From assembly GCA_002269645.1 (NCBI GenBank), contig NIVC01000292.1, positions 806,001 to 870,000 on the forward strand: a stretch of 64,000 nt of DNA, in the 5' to 3' direction. Origin of the DNA: Macrostomum lignano. Taxonomy: Eukaryota. Under the pieces are notes generated by a model. It was not told the DNA's origin. It did no database searches and saw only the letters and a program-made list of their open reading frames with translations. A program made the translations under genes and the position numbers. Positions 50,901 to 63,574 of this stretch are shown one piece after another (within the stretch, counting starts at the first letter, position 1; every line of letters begins with the position of its first letter).

Positions 50901-53900
50901 CGCGAACTGCGCCAGCCTGTCGCAGGCGGTCAGGGCGTCGCCGCGCAGGGTGATGTTCCTGAGGTCCAGCGGCGCGGGGTTGTAGCCGTGCGGCGACTCC
51001 AGCGGCTTCATGCCGCTGCGCCTCTCGCTGCTGCCGGCCTGCGACTTGTCCTCGTAGGAGATCTTCCAGTTTAGCGCCACGCTGGCCAGCAGGATCTGCT
51101 CGACCGAGTAGCGCAGCTGCTTCTGCTCCTTCTCGGCCAGCGTGTGGTACGGCTTCAGGTTCGGCTGCGTCTTGTTCGCCTCATCGTACACTGAGTCATA
51201 CTTCCAGCCCTGAGGGGGATGGAGGCTGGGTTCAGATTGGTTCTGCAACTCAACCCCCGGACTCTACTCCCCATCCCACACTCTACTCCCCATCCCACAC
51301 TCTACTCCCCATCCCACACACTCTACTCCCCATCCCACACACTCTACTCCCCATCCCACACACTACTCCCCATCCCACACACTCTACTCCCCATCCCACA
51401 CTCTACTCCCCATCCCACACACTCTACTCCCCATCCCACACATACTCCCCATCCCACACACTCTACTCCCCATCCCACACACTCTACTCCCCATACCACA
51501 CACTCTACTCCCCATCCCACACACTCTACTCCCCATCCCACACACTCTACTCCCCATCCCACACACTCTACTCCCCGTCCCACACACTCTACTCCCCATC
51601 CCACACACTCTACTATCTCACACACTCTACTCCTAGTCTCTGAGTCTACTTCCCATCCCCCACGGATTCTACTCCCCATCCCACGGATTCTACTCCCCAT
51701 CCCGCAGATTCTACTCCCATCCCACAGATTCTACTCCCATCCCGCAGATTCTACTCCCATCCCGCAGATTCTACTGCCAATCCCGCAGATTCTACTCCCA
51801 TCCCGCAGATTCTACTCCCTTCCCGCAGATTCTACTGCCAATCCCGCAGATTCTACTCCCATCCCGCAGATTCTACTCCCATCCCGCAGATTCTACTCCC
51901 ATCCCGCAGATTCTACTTCCATCCCGCAGATTCTACTCCCCATCCCACGGATTCTACTCCCCATCCCGCAGATTCTACTGCCAATCCCGCAGATTCTACT
52001 CCCATCCCGCAGATTCTACTCCCATCCCGCAGATTCTACTCCCATCCCGCAGATTCTACTCCCATCCCGCAGATTCTACTTCCATCCCGCAGATTCTACT
52101 TCCATCCCGCAGATTCTACTCCCATCCCGCAGATTACTCAGCCGGGCCCACCTGCTCGATCTGCTCCATCGCCCAGCTGTCGTGCCAGTGCTCCACAAAG
52201 TGATTGACAACTCCGGCGAGATTCTGCGGCACCTTCTGGCTGCGCACCTCGGTGTAGCCGGCCTCCGGGTCGGCCTGGGAGGCGAACTGGTTGCGCACCC
52301 CGGTGGGGCAGGTGTAGTCGGGCGGCAGGGCGCAGGCGATGGATGACAGGCAGGGCAGCGCCTGGCTGAACAAGTCGGCATCGTAGGTCTTGTCGGACAG
52401 TGCGTCGAAGATCTCGCTGAACAGCGTCATGGTGAGCGCCTTCTCCTGCTCGGTGGCCACCTGGCGGCCGCCGCGCACCGAGGAGCTGTAGTAGTAGCCG
52501 AATTTCTTGTAGTGCACCGTCAGCATGCGGAGCGGCACCACCGACTGGGCCGTGAGGTTGCGGATGTCCTGCACGATTTTGTCCAGCAGTTTGGTAAAGA
52601 TGTGCGGGTTCAGCTGGCTGGTGATGGCCACCAGGAACTCGCTGATGGTGTCCCGCTGGTTCTTCGTCAGGGTGCTGGTCTTGCTGAGCTTGTAGGCGGT
52701 GGACAGGGTGACGTACAGCAGGCTGTCGTCCACGTCGGTGCAGCTGAAGAAGGTGGCGTGGCGGGTGAGCAGCGGCAGCACCGAGTTGCAGATGTACCGG
52801 TTGATGGCCAGCGCCAGGTCGCTCTCGGCCAGGCCCGGCACGTTCATCGTGGTGGCGTCGCGCATGTCTGGCAGGAAGCAGTTCTTCACCAGCCGGAAGA
52901 ACGTCTGCGGGTCCTCGGTGCCGTAGATTCGCTCCAGGAACAGCACCACGGAGGCCTTGTGCTCCGGCAGCAGCCCGGGCGGCAGCCCCGTCTCGTCCTT
53001 GTACTCCTCCTCGCCGTCCTCGTTCACCTGGGGGCGGGCGATTCGGGGCGATTCTTGGAGTGATGAGAGGGCGATTCTTGGAATGATGAGAGGGCGATTC
53101 TTGGAGTGATGAGAGGGCGATTCTTGGAGTGATGAGAGGGCGATTCTTGGAGTGATGAGAGGGCGATTCTTGGAGTGATGAGAGGGCGATTCTTGGAGTG
53201 ATGAGAGGGCGATTCTTGGAGTGATGAGAGGGCGATTCTTGGAGTGATGAGAGGGCGATTCTTGGAGTGATGAGAGGGCGATTCTTGGAGTGATGAGAGG
53301 GCGATTCTTGGAGTGATGAGAGGGCGATTCTTGGAGTGATGAGAGAGCGATTCTTGGAGTGATCAGATGACGATTTTGGAGCGGTCAGAGAGTGATTGTT
53401 GAAGTGATCAAACAATAAAAAATTCGAAGGAAAATTGAATAAACAGTTGATTAATTGAGTGATTTTTTGGGTGATTCTCCGGGTTCTCACAGGACTAAGA
53501 GACCCGGCGTTGCATGGCAAATCCAAGCAAATCTCTAAACAACTCACCTGGAAGTTGACCTTCACCGGCTGCAGGATGAACCGCAGGCTCAGCACGCCCT
53601 CCAGGTCTGTCATGGACACCAGCGATTTCAGGATGGCCCGCATCCGCAGCGAGTCGCTCCTGGTGGTGTTCGGGTCCGGAGCGCAGCGGCCCAGGAGGTC
53701 CACCAGCACGGCATAGAACGTGAGCACCGCGCCGCCCATGTCGATGTAGTCTTCGTCATCGTCAGCGGGCAGTCTTGACAGGTCGTAGTCCGTCTCCGGG
53801 GTGGCCATTTTGCCCAGGATCTTCTCCTCGGATTCGGCGATCACCTTCGCCAGGATGTCGTCCTCGGCGCGGTACAGCGCGATGTGAATCGACATGGCGA

Positions 53901-56900
53901 TGCCGTCTTGGATGGCCTTCAGCAGGCCGCCGCCGCTGCCGCCGCCGCTGCTGCCGCCGCGCAGGGCGGGTCCGAGGCACTCGGGCCGGCGGATCAGCAG
54001 CCGCACCACCAGGCTGGCGTTCTCCTCCACCGTCTCGCCGTTCACCCAGACGGTGAAGCGCAGGAAGTCGAGGAACCGCTCGCCCTCGACGGGGTCCCAG
54101 CCGACGTCCGGGTAGCCGAAGGCCAGCAGCTCCGTGTTGGACTGGACTCCGCAGCGGGACAGGTAGCTGGCGATCCGCTCCAGCTGGGCCTCCTTGAGCG
54201 CCAGCGCGAGCTCGTTGTTGTCCATGAAGGACGAGTAGGCCACGTCAAGCGGGCAGCTGCCGCGCAGGCTGGCCTTGGTGAGCAGCATGCTGCCGTTCTC
54301 CACCATGAAGCTGAGGTGCTCAAACACGGCCCGCTGGTTCTGCACCCCCGTGCGGCAGAAGTAGCACAGGAAGCGGCAGCACATGACGATCATGTTCTCT
54401 GAGGAGCCGCCTTCCTCCGGCGCGGCACCGGCCGGCGTCACCTCCATGGCGAGCTTCGACTTGTTCAGCGTGTGCACCATGAGCTGCATCACCGTCTCGT
54501 GCACGCTGAGGCACCTGATGAGGTCCGGATGCTGGAAGAACACTGTGTTGTTCATGATGTCCCACAGGCTGGCCTTGAGCATCTCCTCCTCGGCCGGGGA
54601 CACCTGCACTCCGATGAGGCAGCGCACCTTGCCCAGCGCCTGCAGCAGCTTGCTGACGTCCGCCTTCGAGCTCGAGTTGATGACGTAGGCGCGGTTCAGG
54701 GCGTCCACGATCTCGCCGAGGGCGTTGTACTGCCGGTGCAGCAGGCTGAACATCTCCCGCAGAAGCCGGAGGTTCTCGATGGTCTCTGAGTTCGCCCACT
54801 TGATGATGGTCTGGCAGATCAGCTCCTGCAGGTTCTGCGGCCCGGCCGGCGTGTCGGCGAGGCTGGAGAGGTCCTGCGCCTGGCGGCGGCCCATCTTGAT
54901 GAGCAGCTGGTTGAGCATCCCGCCGCCGCCGCTGTCGCCTGATTGCGCCGCGTCACCTCCGGCCGCCTCATCGACTTTCCCGGCCCCGGCTTCGGTGGCC
55001 GCCTCCTCCTCCTCGGGCTCGACTCCGCAGCAGGACAGCAGGGTGGAGTGGTAGTGCTGCAGGAACTCCTTCAGGCTGGCCCGGCTGGTGCAGTGCAGGA
55101 AGGTGCCGTACTCGGCCCGGTTGTAGTGCACCAGCGACCGCATCTGCTCCTCCGGCGGGCAGCGGAACTCGCGGGTTCGTCTGGCGGCCACGGCTGATGG
55201 CAGGCTTGAGTTCTTGATGTCCAGGTACTTCTTGAGCTGGTGCTGCAGGCGGGCGAAGGCAGTGATGGGGATTTTATTCCCAATCTGGGAGATTCAGGAT
55301 AGCTAGAGGATCAAAATCCTCAACCTGGGAAGTTCAAAAAAGGAGAGGATCAAAATCCCCAATCTGGTGAATTCGGAAAAGCTAAGGGATTAAAATTAGA
55401 GTGACCAGTAGAGAGTGGCCAGTAGAGTGACCAGTAGAGAGTGACCAGTTGAGAGTGACTATTTGAGAGAGACCAGTTGAGAGTGACCAGTAGAGAGTGA
55501 CCAGTAGAGTGACCAGTAGAGAGTGACCAGTTGAGAGTGACTATTTGAGAGAGACCAGTTGAGAGTGACCAGTTGAGAGTGACCAGTTTAGAGTGGACCA
55601 GTTGAGAGTGACAAGTGGAGAGTGAACAGTAGAGAGTGACCGGAATTCGGGAAAGCTAGGAGATCAAAATCCCAATCAGGGGAATTCGGGAAAGCTAGGA
55701 GATCAAAATCCCAGTCAGGGGAATTCGGGAAAGCTAGGAGATCAAAATCCCAGTCAGGGGAATTCGGGAAAGCTAGGAGATCAAAATCCCAATCAGGGGA
55801 ATTCGGGAAAGCTAGGAGATCAAAAGCCCAATCAGGGGAATTCGGGAAAGCTAGGAGATCAAAATCCCAATCAGGGGAATTCGGGAAAGCTAGGAGATCA
55901 AAGCTCAAATCAAGGGGATTTTAAGACACCTGTGATCAACCTAGGGAAAACTTTCTTATCTGGTATATCTGTGACTTGAAATCCCACTGAATAGACAGCT
56001 AGAATCGGTTGAATTTAATTCCTCATCAATTCCGCATCCCAATCCGACAGAAATTCCCAACTCACAGACTGCGCCTCGGTCACGAAGTACTTGGCGGCCG
56101 CGATCAGCGTCTCCAGGCGGTGCTGCAGCTGCGTGTCGCACAGCAGGTGGAACAGCTTGCACAGCTGCGTCTTCGTACTGTCACTCAGCGAGAAATCCAG
56201 CACCGCCTCGTCGCCGTGTCTGTCGGCCTGCAGCTCCGGCGGGAAGGTCCTGGGGTGCACCGCCGACAGGATCCGGAAGATCTCCTCCACTGACAGGCAG
56301 CCCATGGCCAGGAGGTTGTTGATCACCTTCAGCAGCGGCCTGCGGGTTCAGGTCGGTCTCAGATGGTCACTCTCACTTGTCACTCTAAACTCAACCGGTC
56401 ACTCTCAACTGGTCACGCTCCCCGGTCACTCACACAAACTGGTACTCGTAACTGCCGCCCACGGGGTCCCTGAGGTGGCCGCCCAGCGCAGCGGCATTGA
56501 TGAAGAGCTGGATGCAGTCGTCCTTGAGGCCCTGGATGGGGTAGGCGGGGCACAGCTCCAGCGCCGGCGGGTGCGCCTCGTCCTCGTTGACCAGAAAGGA
56601 GAAGTTGGTGCGGATGCACTTGCCGCCCTCCTCGCCGGGAATCTCATGGAAGTCGTGCAGGAATTTGTCCTCGTCGATGCCCGGGGAGAAGACCTGGTCG
56701 TTGGTGAGCGGAACCACGAACTCGTTCTTCGTGAGGGAGCGCAGCTTCACGTAGCTCTCCAGGTGCATGGCGATGAGCAGGTCGAAGTACGCCATGCGGA
56801 GCGGGCCCGACAGGTCTGCGGAGTTTGGGTGTGTTGAGCGAAATCAAAGAAGTAGCAGCACATCAAAGAATTAGTGACGCATCAAAGAGAATAGGGAATG

Positions 56901-59900
56901 GCGGCACATCAAAGAGAATAGGGAATGGCGGCACATCAAAGAGAATAGAGAATTGCGGCACATCAAAGAGAATAGAGAATTGCGGCACATCAAAGAGAAT
57001 AGGGAATGGCGGCACATCAAAGAGAATAGGGAATGGCGGCACATCAAAGAGAATAGGGAATGGCGGCACATCAAAGAGAATAGGAAATGGCGGCACATCA
57101 AAGAGAATAGAGAATTGTGGCACATCAAAGAGAATAGGAAATGGCGGCACATCAAAGAGAATAGAGAATTGTGGCACATCAAAGAGAATAGGAAATGGCG
57201 GCACATCAAAGAGAATAGAGAATTGTGGCACATCAAAGAGAATAGGAAATGGCGGCACATCAAAGAGAATAGAGAATGGCGGCGCAATCAAAGAGAATAG
57301 AGAATTGCGGCACATCAAAGAGAATAGAGAATTGCGGCACATCAAAGAGAATAGAGAATTGCGGCACATCAAAGAGAATAGAGAATTGTGGCACATCAAA
57401 GAGAATAGAGAATTGCGGCACATCAAAGAGAATAGGGAATGGCGGCACATCAAAGAGAATAGGGAATGGCGGCACATCAAAGAGAATAGGGAATGGCGGC
57501 ACATCAAAGAGAATAGGAAATGGCGGCACATCAAAGAGAATAGAGAATTGTGGCACATCAAAGAGAATAGGAAATGGCGGCACATCAAAGAGAATAGAGA
57601 ATTGTGGCACATCAAAGAGAATAGGAAATGGCGGCACATCAAAGAGAATAGAGAATTGTGGCACATCAAAGAGAATAGGAAATGGCGGCACATCAAAGAG
57701 AATAGAGAATGGCGGCGCAATCAAAGAGAATAGAGAATTGCGGCACATCAAAGAGAATAGAGAATTGCGGCACATCAAAGAGAATAGAGAATTGCGGCAC
57801 ATCAAAGAGAATAGAGAATTGTGGCACATCAAAGAGAATAGAGAATTGCGGCACATCAAAGAGAATAGAGAATTGCGGCACATCAAAGAGAATAGAGAAT
57901 GGCGGCACATCAAAGAGAATAGAGAATGGCGGCACATCAAAGAGAATAGAGAATGGCGGCACATCAAAGAGAATAGAGAATTGTGGCACATCAAAGAGAA
58001 TAGAGAATTGCGGCACATCAAAGAGAATAGAGAATTGCGGCACATCAAAGAGAATAGAGAATTGCGGCACATCAAAGAGAATAGAGAATGGCGGCACATC
58101 AAAGAGAATAGAGAATGGCGGCACATCAAAGAAAATAGAAAATGGCGGCACATCAAAGAGAATCGAGAGAGTGGGGGCACATCAAAGAGAATCCAGAGAG
58201 TGGCGGCACATCAAAGAGAATCGAGAGAGTGGCGGCACACCAAAGAGAATCGAGAGAGTGGGGCACATCAAAGAGAACCAAGAGAAAATCCACTTCAACA
58301 AGACTCACAGAGGTTCAGCGTCAAGAAGTTGAACTGGTCGGCGCTGACATGGTTGGTGAGCATCTCCGCGGCGGTTCTGTTGCCATGGGAACAGATGGCC
58401 TTGTACAACTGCAGCGTGCCCTTGTGAAACTGCAGCAGATCGGGCTGCTCCTCCATCTCGAGGATGTCGAAGCTGCGCTCCTCCTCGGAAAGCTTCAGCG
58501 CCACCATCTGGACCGGCTCCTCACAGAGCAGCGACCAGCCGCGCAGGTCCGACAGCTTGAGGATGTTCACCCGGAGCTGCGACTGCGGCACCCGCGACCA
58601 GCTGATGCTGGACATGCACTGCGCCTGCAGCCGGTTGGGCAGCTGCGGCATCGCCAGTTTTGGCCGGCGCAGCATCCCGGACACCACCGGCAGAGTGTGG
58701 CGCGTCCGGCCGAGCTCAAAGCTGGCCACCTGGCAGCTGCGCGCTTTGAAGGCCACGGCGGGGTACAGGACGCTCGCTTCCGGCACCTGGGAAAGCGGGT
58801 GTTCGGAGTTCAGTTGCTGGTGATTTAGCGTTTCGGGTTCAAGGATCTGGGATCTAGGATCTGGGATCTAGGATCTGGGATCTAGGATCTGGGATCTAGG
58901 ATCTGGGATCTAGGATCTGGGATCTAGGATCTGGGATCTAGGATCTGGGATCTAGGATCTGGGATCTAGGATCTGGGATCTAGGATCTGGGATCTAGGAT
59001 CTGGGATCTAGGATCTGGGATCTAGGATCTGGGATCTAGGATCTGGGATCTAGGATCTGGGATCTAGGATCTGGGATCTAGGATCTGGGATCTAGGATCT
59101 GGGATCTAGGATCTGGGATCTAGGATCTGGGATCTAGGATCTGGGATCTAGGATCTGGGATCTAGGATCTGGGATCTAGGATCTGGGATCTAGGATCTGG
59201 GATCTAGGATCTGGGATCTAGGATCTGGGATCTAGGATCTGGGATCTAGGATCTGGGATCTAGGATCTGGGATCTAGGATCTGGGATCTAGGATCTGGGA
59301 TCTAGGATCTGGGATCTAGGATCTGGGATCTAGGATCTGGGATCTAGGATCTGGGATCTAGGATCTGGGATCTAGGATCTGGGATCTAGGATCTGGGATC
59401 TAGGATCTGGGATCTAGGATCTGGGATCTAGGATCTGGGATCTAGGATCTGGGATCTAGGATCTGGGATCTAGGATCTGGGATCTAGGATCTGGGATCTA
59501 GGATCTGGGATCTAGGATCTGGGATCTAGGATCTGGGATCTAGGATCTGGGATCTAGGATCTGGGATCTAGGATCTGGGATCCCTCACCTGCACCCGAGC
59601 CGCAATCGGTTTGCCGTTCATCTCGAACGACAGCGAGCCGCCGGCTGCGTCCAAAAAGCAGCCGATGGTGAGGCCCTGCGACAGCCGCTTGGACACGTCC
59701 TCCTGGGAGCCGAACTTCGCCAGCAGGTCGCCAGCGTTGACCATGTACACCGTGCGTTGCTGGTCCTCCGACCTCGGCTGGTAGTCGTCGTCAAGCAGGC
59801 AGACGTCCACCCAGCTGGCAAAGACAGACTCGACGTCGTGCGTCGGCAGCTTGAAGTACGGGGTGAGCCAGCCGACCCACGAGCAGGCGGGGTCCTGGCC

Positions 59901-59963
59901 GGGCAGCAGGCGCACCGAGTAGTGGTACTCGTCGATGTACTCCGCCACCGCGTTCTCGCGCAC
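35187..59963 (-). CDS. RYR: Ryanodine receptor, 3' portion (about 3,526 aa from SPRY3 to the C-terminus); the 5' exons must lie beyond position 64000
   Basis: 23 GT-AG exons with consistent phases: 59963-59589, 58786-58309, 56815-56434, 56339-56066, 55242-53548, 53027-52152, 51209-50078, 49361-49253, 48899-48107, 47867-47651, 46897-46833, 46679-46632, 46102-46043, 45302-44670, 43474-43022, 42590-42204, 42099-42034, 41009-40930, 40608-40137, 39373-38405 (one base short), 38278-37581, 37038-36872, 35337-35187. Diagnostic motifs include [27 protein letters not shown], two EF-hands, [42 protein letters not shown] and [16 protein letters not shown]. Confidence 0.95.
35365..36745. repeat. 20-bp minisatellite (CACCTGGTAGACTGGGGTGG) filling the last RyR intron
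   Basis: Tandem units. It is the source of ORFs 35187-36553. Confidence 0.95.
37105..37500. repeat. Complex intronic repeat (GCTGATTGGGGATAAT..CCCC core)
   Basis: Variable-length tandem units inside an RyR intron. Confidence 0.85.
39405..39840. repeat. 26-bp intronic minisatellite (GAGTGAGTCTCATAGTGAGAGTCTCG)
   Basis: A period of 26 is seen at 39523 and 39549. Confidence 0.9.
39935..40155. repeat. 45-bp tandem repeat containing the RyR exon end and splice donor, 5 copies
   Basis: gctcacctgccggatgctgag (minus strand CTCAGCATCCGGCAG|GTGAGC) occurs at 39951, 39996, 40041, 40086 and 40131. Confidence 0.92.
41025..42020. repeat. (GATT/GGTT)n compound microsatellite in an RyR intron
   Basis: About 1 kb of tetranucleotide repeats. 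Confidence 0.95.
42605..42985. repeat. GATAG(A/G)GTAGATGGGGTA-type intronic repeat
   Basis: Tandem 9/18-bp units. Confidence 0.9.
43485..44648. repeat. 22-bp intronic minisatellite (GAGAATGATTCAGCAAGAGATC)
   Basis: About 52 tandem units fill the intron. Confidence 0.95.
45320..45990. repeat. ~47-bp intronic minisatellite (GCGGTATTGTGGGGTAGTGAGGTGGGTGGCGAAGGATCTCATTGGTT)
   Basis: Tandem units with variants. Confidence 0.9.
46935..47620. repeat. ~61-bp intronic minisatellite (CACAGCGATCGCTGATTGGCTGAGCTCAAAG core)
   Basis: About 11 tandem units. Confidence 0.92.
48990..49230. repeat. 20-bp intronic minisatellite (CTGATTGGCTACGGAGGTCT)
   Basis: About 12 units. Confidence 0.9.
51255..52138. 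repeat. Two adjacent related 20-23-bp intronic minisatellites (CTCTACTCCCCATCCCACACA, then GATTCTACTCCCATCCCGCA)
   Basis: The unit switches at about 51640-51660 while keeping the CTACTCCC.ATCCC core. Confidence 0.9.
53040..53365. repeat. 23-bp intronic minisatellite (GGCGATTCTTGGAGTGATGAGAG)
   Basis: About 14 near-perfect units. Confidence 0.95.
55400..55905. repeat. Two intronic arrays: AGAGTGACCAGT-type (55400-55620) and a 39-bp GGAATTCGGGAAAGCTAGGAGATCAAAATCCC unit (55640-55905)
   Basis: Tandem units are visible. The 13-aa periodicity in ORF 55588-55908 matches a 39-bp unit. Confidence 0.9.
56865..58290. repeat. 27-bp intronic minisatellite (CGGCACATCAAAGAGAATAGAGAATTG)
   Basis: About 52 units. 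It gives 9-aa periodic pseudo-ORFs. Confidence 0.95.
58843..59582. repeat. Perfect 14-bp repeat (GGATCTGGGATCTA)n in an RyR intron
   Basis: About 52 essentially invariant units. Confidence 0.97.
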
Positions 59964-60137
59964 CTGCCGGGGTTCGTTTATTTAGCATTAAAATGGATAA
60001 ATAAGTTATAGAATAGTTTATTAGTAGAATTTTAACGCACTACTCTTAGTAGCTGAAATGCAGTTGCTGAAGAAAATTGGAAAAATGATTTGTAAAAAGA
60101 AAACATTTCTGAATTTTTTGTTTCAACAAAAATTCAC

Positions 60138-60441
<304 letters not shown>

Positions 60442-61154
60442 CGTCATGCGGGTACCTCAATTAAGGGCCACCCCCCCCCCCCCCAGATGGATGCCTTGCA
60501 TGCGAGGCCACGCATTGCATTAATTGGATTCCGCTGACAATAAAAAGCAGAAATTGCAGAAACTTGGAAGCAATAAATATTATTTAATGCGATATTGTTT
60601 TTCACAGTAGCAACTGCTGCGGGCCCGGCTTCTCATCAATAATTAATCAGCCAAAAGTTGGGGATGAGCGATGGGGGAACCACTTCGGACCGGTTCTGAC
60701 AGGGGGGGTTGTGGGGAATCCAGTTTGAGCAGCTGACGTGGCGGGAGGGGGTTGGCAACAATGGGCGAGGCCGGCCAGCAGTGCCTGGGGCTCGCGGGCT
60801 GGCCCGTCCTATCCGAACTGGCCCGGGTGACACCGGTTCTGAACAGGGACTATTTGAACAGCATTTACCTGGATTAGAAAGCCAAACAGCTATTTTCATT
60901 CGAGAGTCTGGAGGCTTCAGCTGAGAGAGTCGGTGACTCCGCAAACTGCACTCACTGCTGGCCCAGATCGCCAAGAGAAAATTTCCAGAGCTAGCCTTTC
61001 TCTTGTGAAGCCATTGTGTGGGAACTTTGCTGGGCCAGTTTCCCAGTCCAGGTCTCCAGTCCAGGGATTTGCTAACAGGCCGTGGGAGCGCCCGGGAGCG
61101 AGCGCTGAGCAGCCCCACCCCGACCCACCCCCTCCCCGCTCTCCTGGCCTGCTC

Positions 61155-61160
61155 TATAAG
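61155..61160 (+). promoter_or_regulatory. Candidate TATA box of the EF-hand gene
   Basis: TATAAG lies about 100 bp upstream of the ATG at 61261, within a GC-rich region. Confidence 0.4.
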
Positions 61161-61260
61161 ATGAGGCGAAGCGGGAGGCTGAACCGGCCCAGCCCGCCCG
61201 CAAGTCAGCAAGCCCTCCAAATTCTCTCAAAGTTTCCGCAAAGCAACTCCGCAGCTAGCC

Positions 61261-63209
61261 ATGAGCCAGGACCGCAAGCAGCAGCTCACCAAGCTGTTTG
61301 AGCAGATTGACAAGGACAAGAGCGGGTATCTGTCGCTGGTAAGTGTCTTTATTAGTTGCTAGGCTGAATACCTGCCTACTCTGCAATACCTGACTCACTC
61401 AATTCCCTGCAGAGCGAGCTGAAGGAGGGCTGCGCTAAGATCGGCATCACCGAGAGCGAAGCCCAGGCTGTTCTCAGCAAGATGGACGTCAATCAGGATG
61501 GCAAAGTCAGCGTCTCGGGTACGGTGGACCTCAGCTGAAGGATCGGGAGGCACCCAGCTGAAGGATCGGGAGGCACCCAGCTGAAGGATCGAGAGGGGGC
61601 TCCCAGCTGAAGGATCGGGAGGGGGTTCCCAGCTGAAGGATCGGGAGGGGGCTCCCAGCTGAAGGATCGGGAGGGGGTTCCCAGCTGAAGGATCGGGAGG
61701 GGGTTCCCAGCTGAAGGATCGGGAGGGGGCTCCCAGCTGAAGGATCGGGAGGGGTTCCCAGCTGAAGGATCGGGAGGGGGCTCCCAGCTGAAGGATCGGG
61801 AGGGGGCTCCCAGCTGAAGGATCGGGAGGGGGTTCCCAGCTGAAGGATCGGGAGGGGGCTCCCAGCTGAAGGATCGGGAGGGGGTTCCCAGCTGAAGGAT
61901 CGGGAGGGGGCTCCCAGCTGAAGGATCGGGAGGGCGTTCCCAGCTGAAGGATCGGGAGGGGGCTCCCAGCTGAAGGATCGGGAGGGGGTTCCCAGCTGAA
62001 GGATCGGGAGGGGGCTCCCAGCTGAAGGATCGGGAGGGGGTTCCCAGCTGAAGGATCGGGAGGGGGCTCCCAGCTGAAGGATCGGGAGGGGCACCCAGCT
62101 GAAGGATCGGGGCTCCCAGCTGAAGGATCGGGAGGGGGCACCCAGCTGAAGGATCGGGGGCTCCCAGCTGAAGGATCGGGAGGCACCCAGCTGAAGGATC
62201 GGGAGGCACCCAGCTGAAGGATCGGGAGGCACCCAGCTGAAGGATCGGGAGGGGGCTCCCAGCTGAAGGATCGGGAGGCACCCAGCTGAAGGATCGAGAG
62301 GGGGCTCCCAGCTGAAGGATCGGGAGGGGGTTCCCAGCTGAAGGATCGGGAGGGGGCTCCCAGCTGAAGGATCGGGAGGGGGTTCCCAGCTGAAGGATCG
62401 GGAGGGGGTTCCCAGCTGAAGGATCGGGAGGGGTTCCCAGCTGAAGGATCGGGAGGGGGCTCCCAGCTGAAGGATCGGGAGGGGGTTCCCAGCTGAAGGA
62501 TCGGGAGGGGGCTCCCAGCTGAAGGATCGGGAGGGGTTCCCAGCTGAAGGATCGGGAGGGGGCTCCCAGCTGAAGGATCGGGAGGGGGCTCCCAGCTGAA
62601 GGATCGGGAGGGGGTTCCCAGCTGAAGGATCGGGAGGGGGCTCCCAGCTGAAGGATCGGGAGGGGGTTCCCAGCTGAAGGATCGGGAGGGGCTCCCAGCT
62701 GAAGGATCGGGAGGGGGTTCCCAGCTGAAGGATCGGGAGGGGGCTCCCAGCTGAAGGATCGGGAGGGGCACCCAGCTGAAGGATCGGGGGCTCCCAGCTG
62801 AAGGATCGGGAGGGGGCACCCAGCTGAAGGATCGGGGGCTCCCAGCTGAAGGATCGGGAGGCACCCAGCTGAAGGATCGGGAGGCACCCAGCTGAAGGAT
62901 CGGGAGGCACCCAGCTGAAGGATCGGGAGGGGGCTCCCAGCTGAAGGATCGGGAGGCACCCAGCTGAAGGATCGGGGGCACCCAGCTGAAGGATCGGGAG
63001 GCACCCAGCTGAAGGATCGGGGGCACCCAGCTGAAGGATCGGGGGCACCCAGCTGAAGGATCGGGAGGCACCCAGCTGAAGGATCGGGGGGGGGGGCTCC
63101 CAGCTGAAGGATCGGGGGCTCCTAGCTGAAGGATCGGGGGCTCCCAGCTGACACTCCAACTAACGCTTCAGTTTTTTTGCTTTCAGAGTTCCTGGCCTAC
63201 ATGAAGTAG
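61261..63209 (+). CDS. Small two-EF-hand calcium-binding protein, 68 aa (exons 61261-61338, 61413-61518, 63187-63209)
   Basis: The spliced product is MSQDRKQQLTKLFEQIDKDKSGYLSLSELKEGCAKIGITESEAQAVLSKMDVNQDGKVSVSEFLAYMK*. Both 12-residue loops are canonical (DKDKSGYLSLSE, DVNQDGKVSVSE). Splice sites are gtaagt/ctgcag and gtacgg/tttcag with consistent phases. AATAAA lies near 63460. It is absent from the ORF track because it is split by introns. Confidence 0.88.
61530..63150. repeat. ~26-bp minisatellite (CCCAGCTGAAGGATCGGGAGGGGGCT) filling EF-hand gene intron 2
   Basis: About 63 units. It is the source of the long ORFs 61395-63159. Confidence 0.95.
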
Positions 63210-63574
63210 CGGGACTGTGACAGGCTGCCGTGATGTTTGAAATACTGAATGACCCATATTCAACTTGCCCATATCTCTGTCCATACCGCACTAGTAAGAC
63301 TATAATATCTTTTAGGAACTCCTGTTCAATTTTAAGTCAAGTAATTATCTATATCTAAACCATATATTTATTAACTAATTATTAATACCAACGAACAGTT
63401 GCCAGTTACGCAGTGAGAAAACCTAAGACTGATTAGACGTGAACTTCTGACATTTTAAAAATAAATAAAATTCTTCTCAAAACTTTTTTCAGCTTTAAAA
63501 TAGTTCGTGAACTTTATTGAGACTTTATTTCTTTTGTTGACTAATGTGACGATTCAAAAAATGTGACAAATTGT

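Noticed and set aside
60636-61220. Minus-strand ORF as the next upstream RyR exon
   Set aside because: The translation shows no resemblance to RyR SPRY2 or Repeat12. The region looks like the GC-rich promoter of the EF-hand gene.
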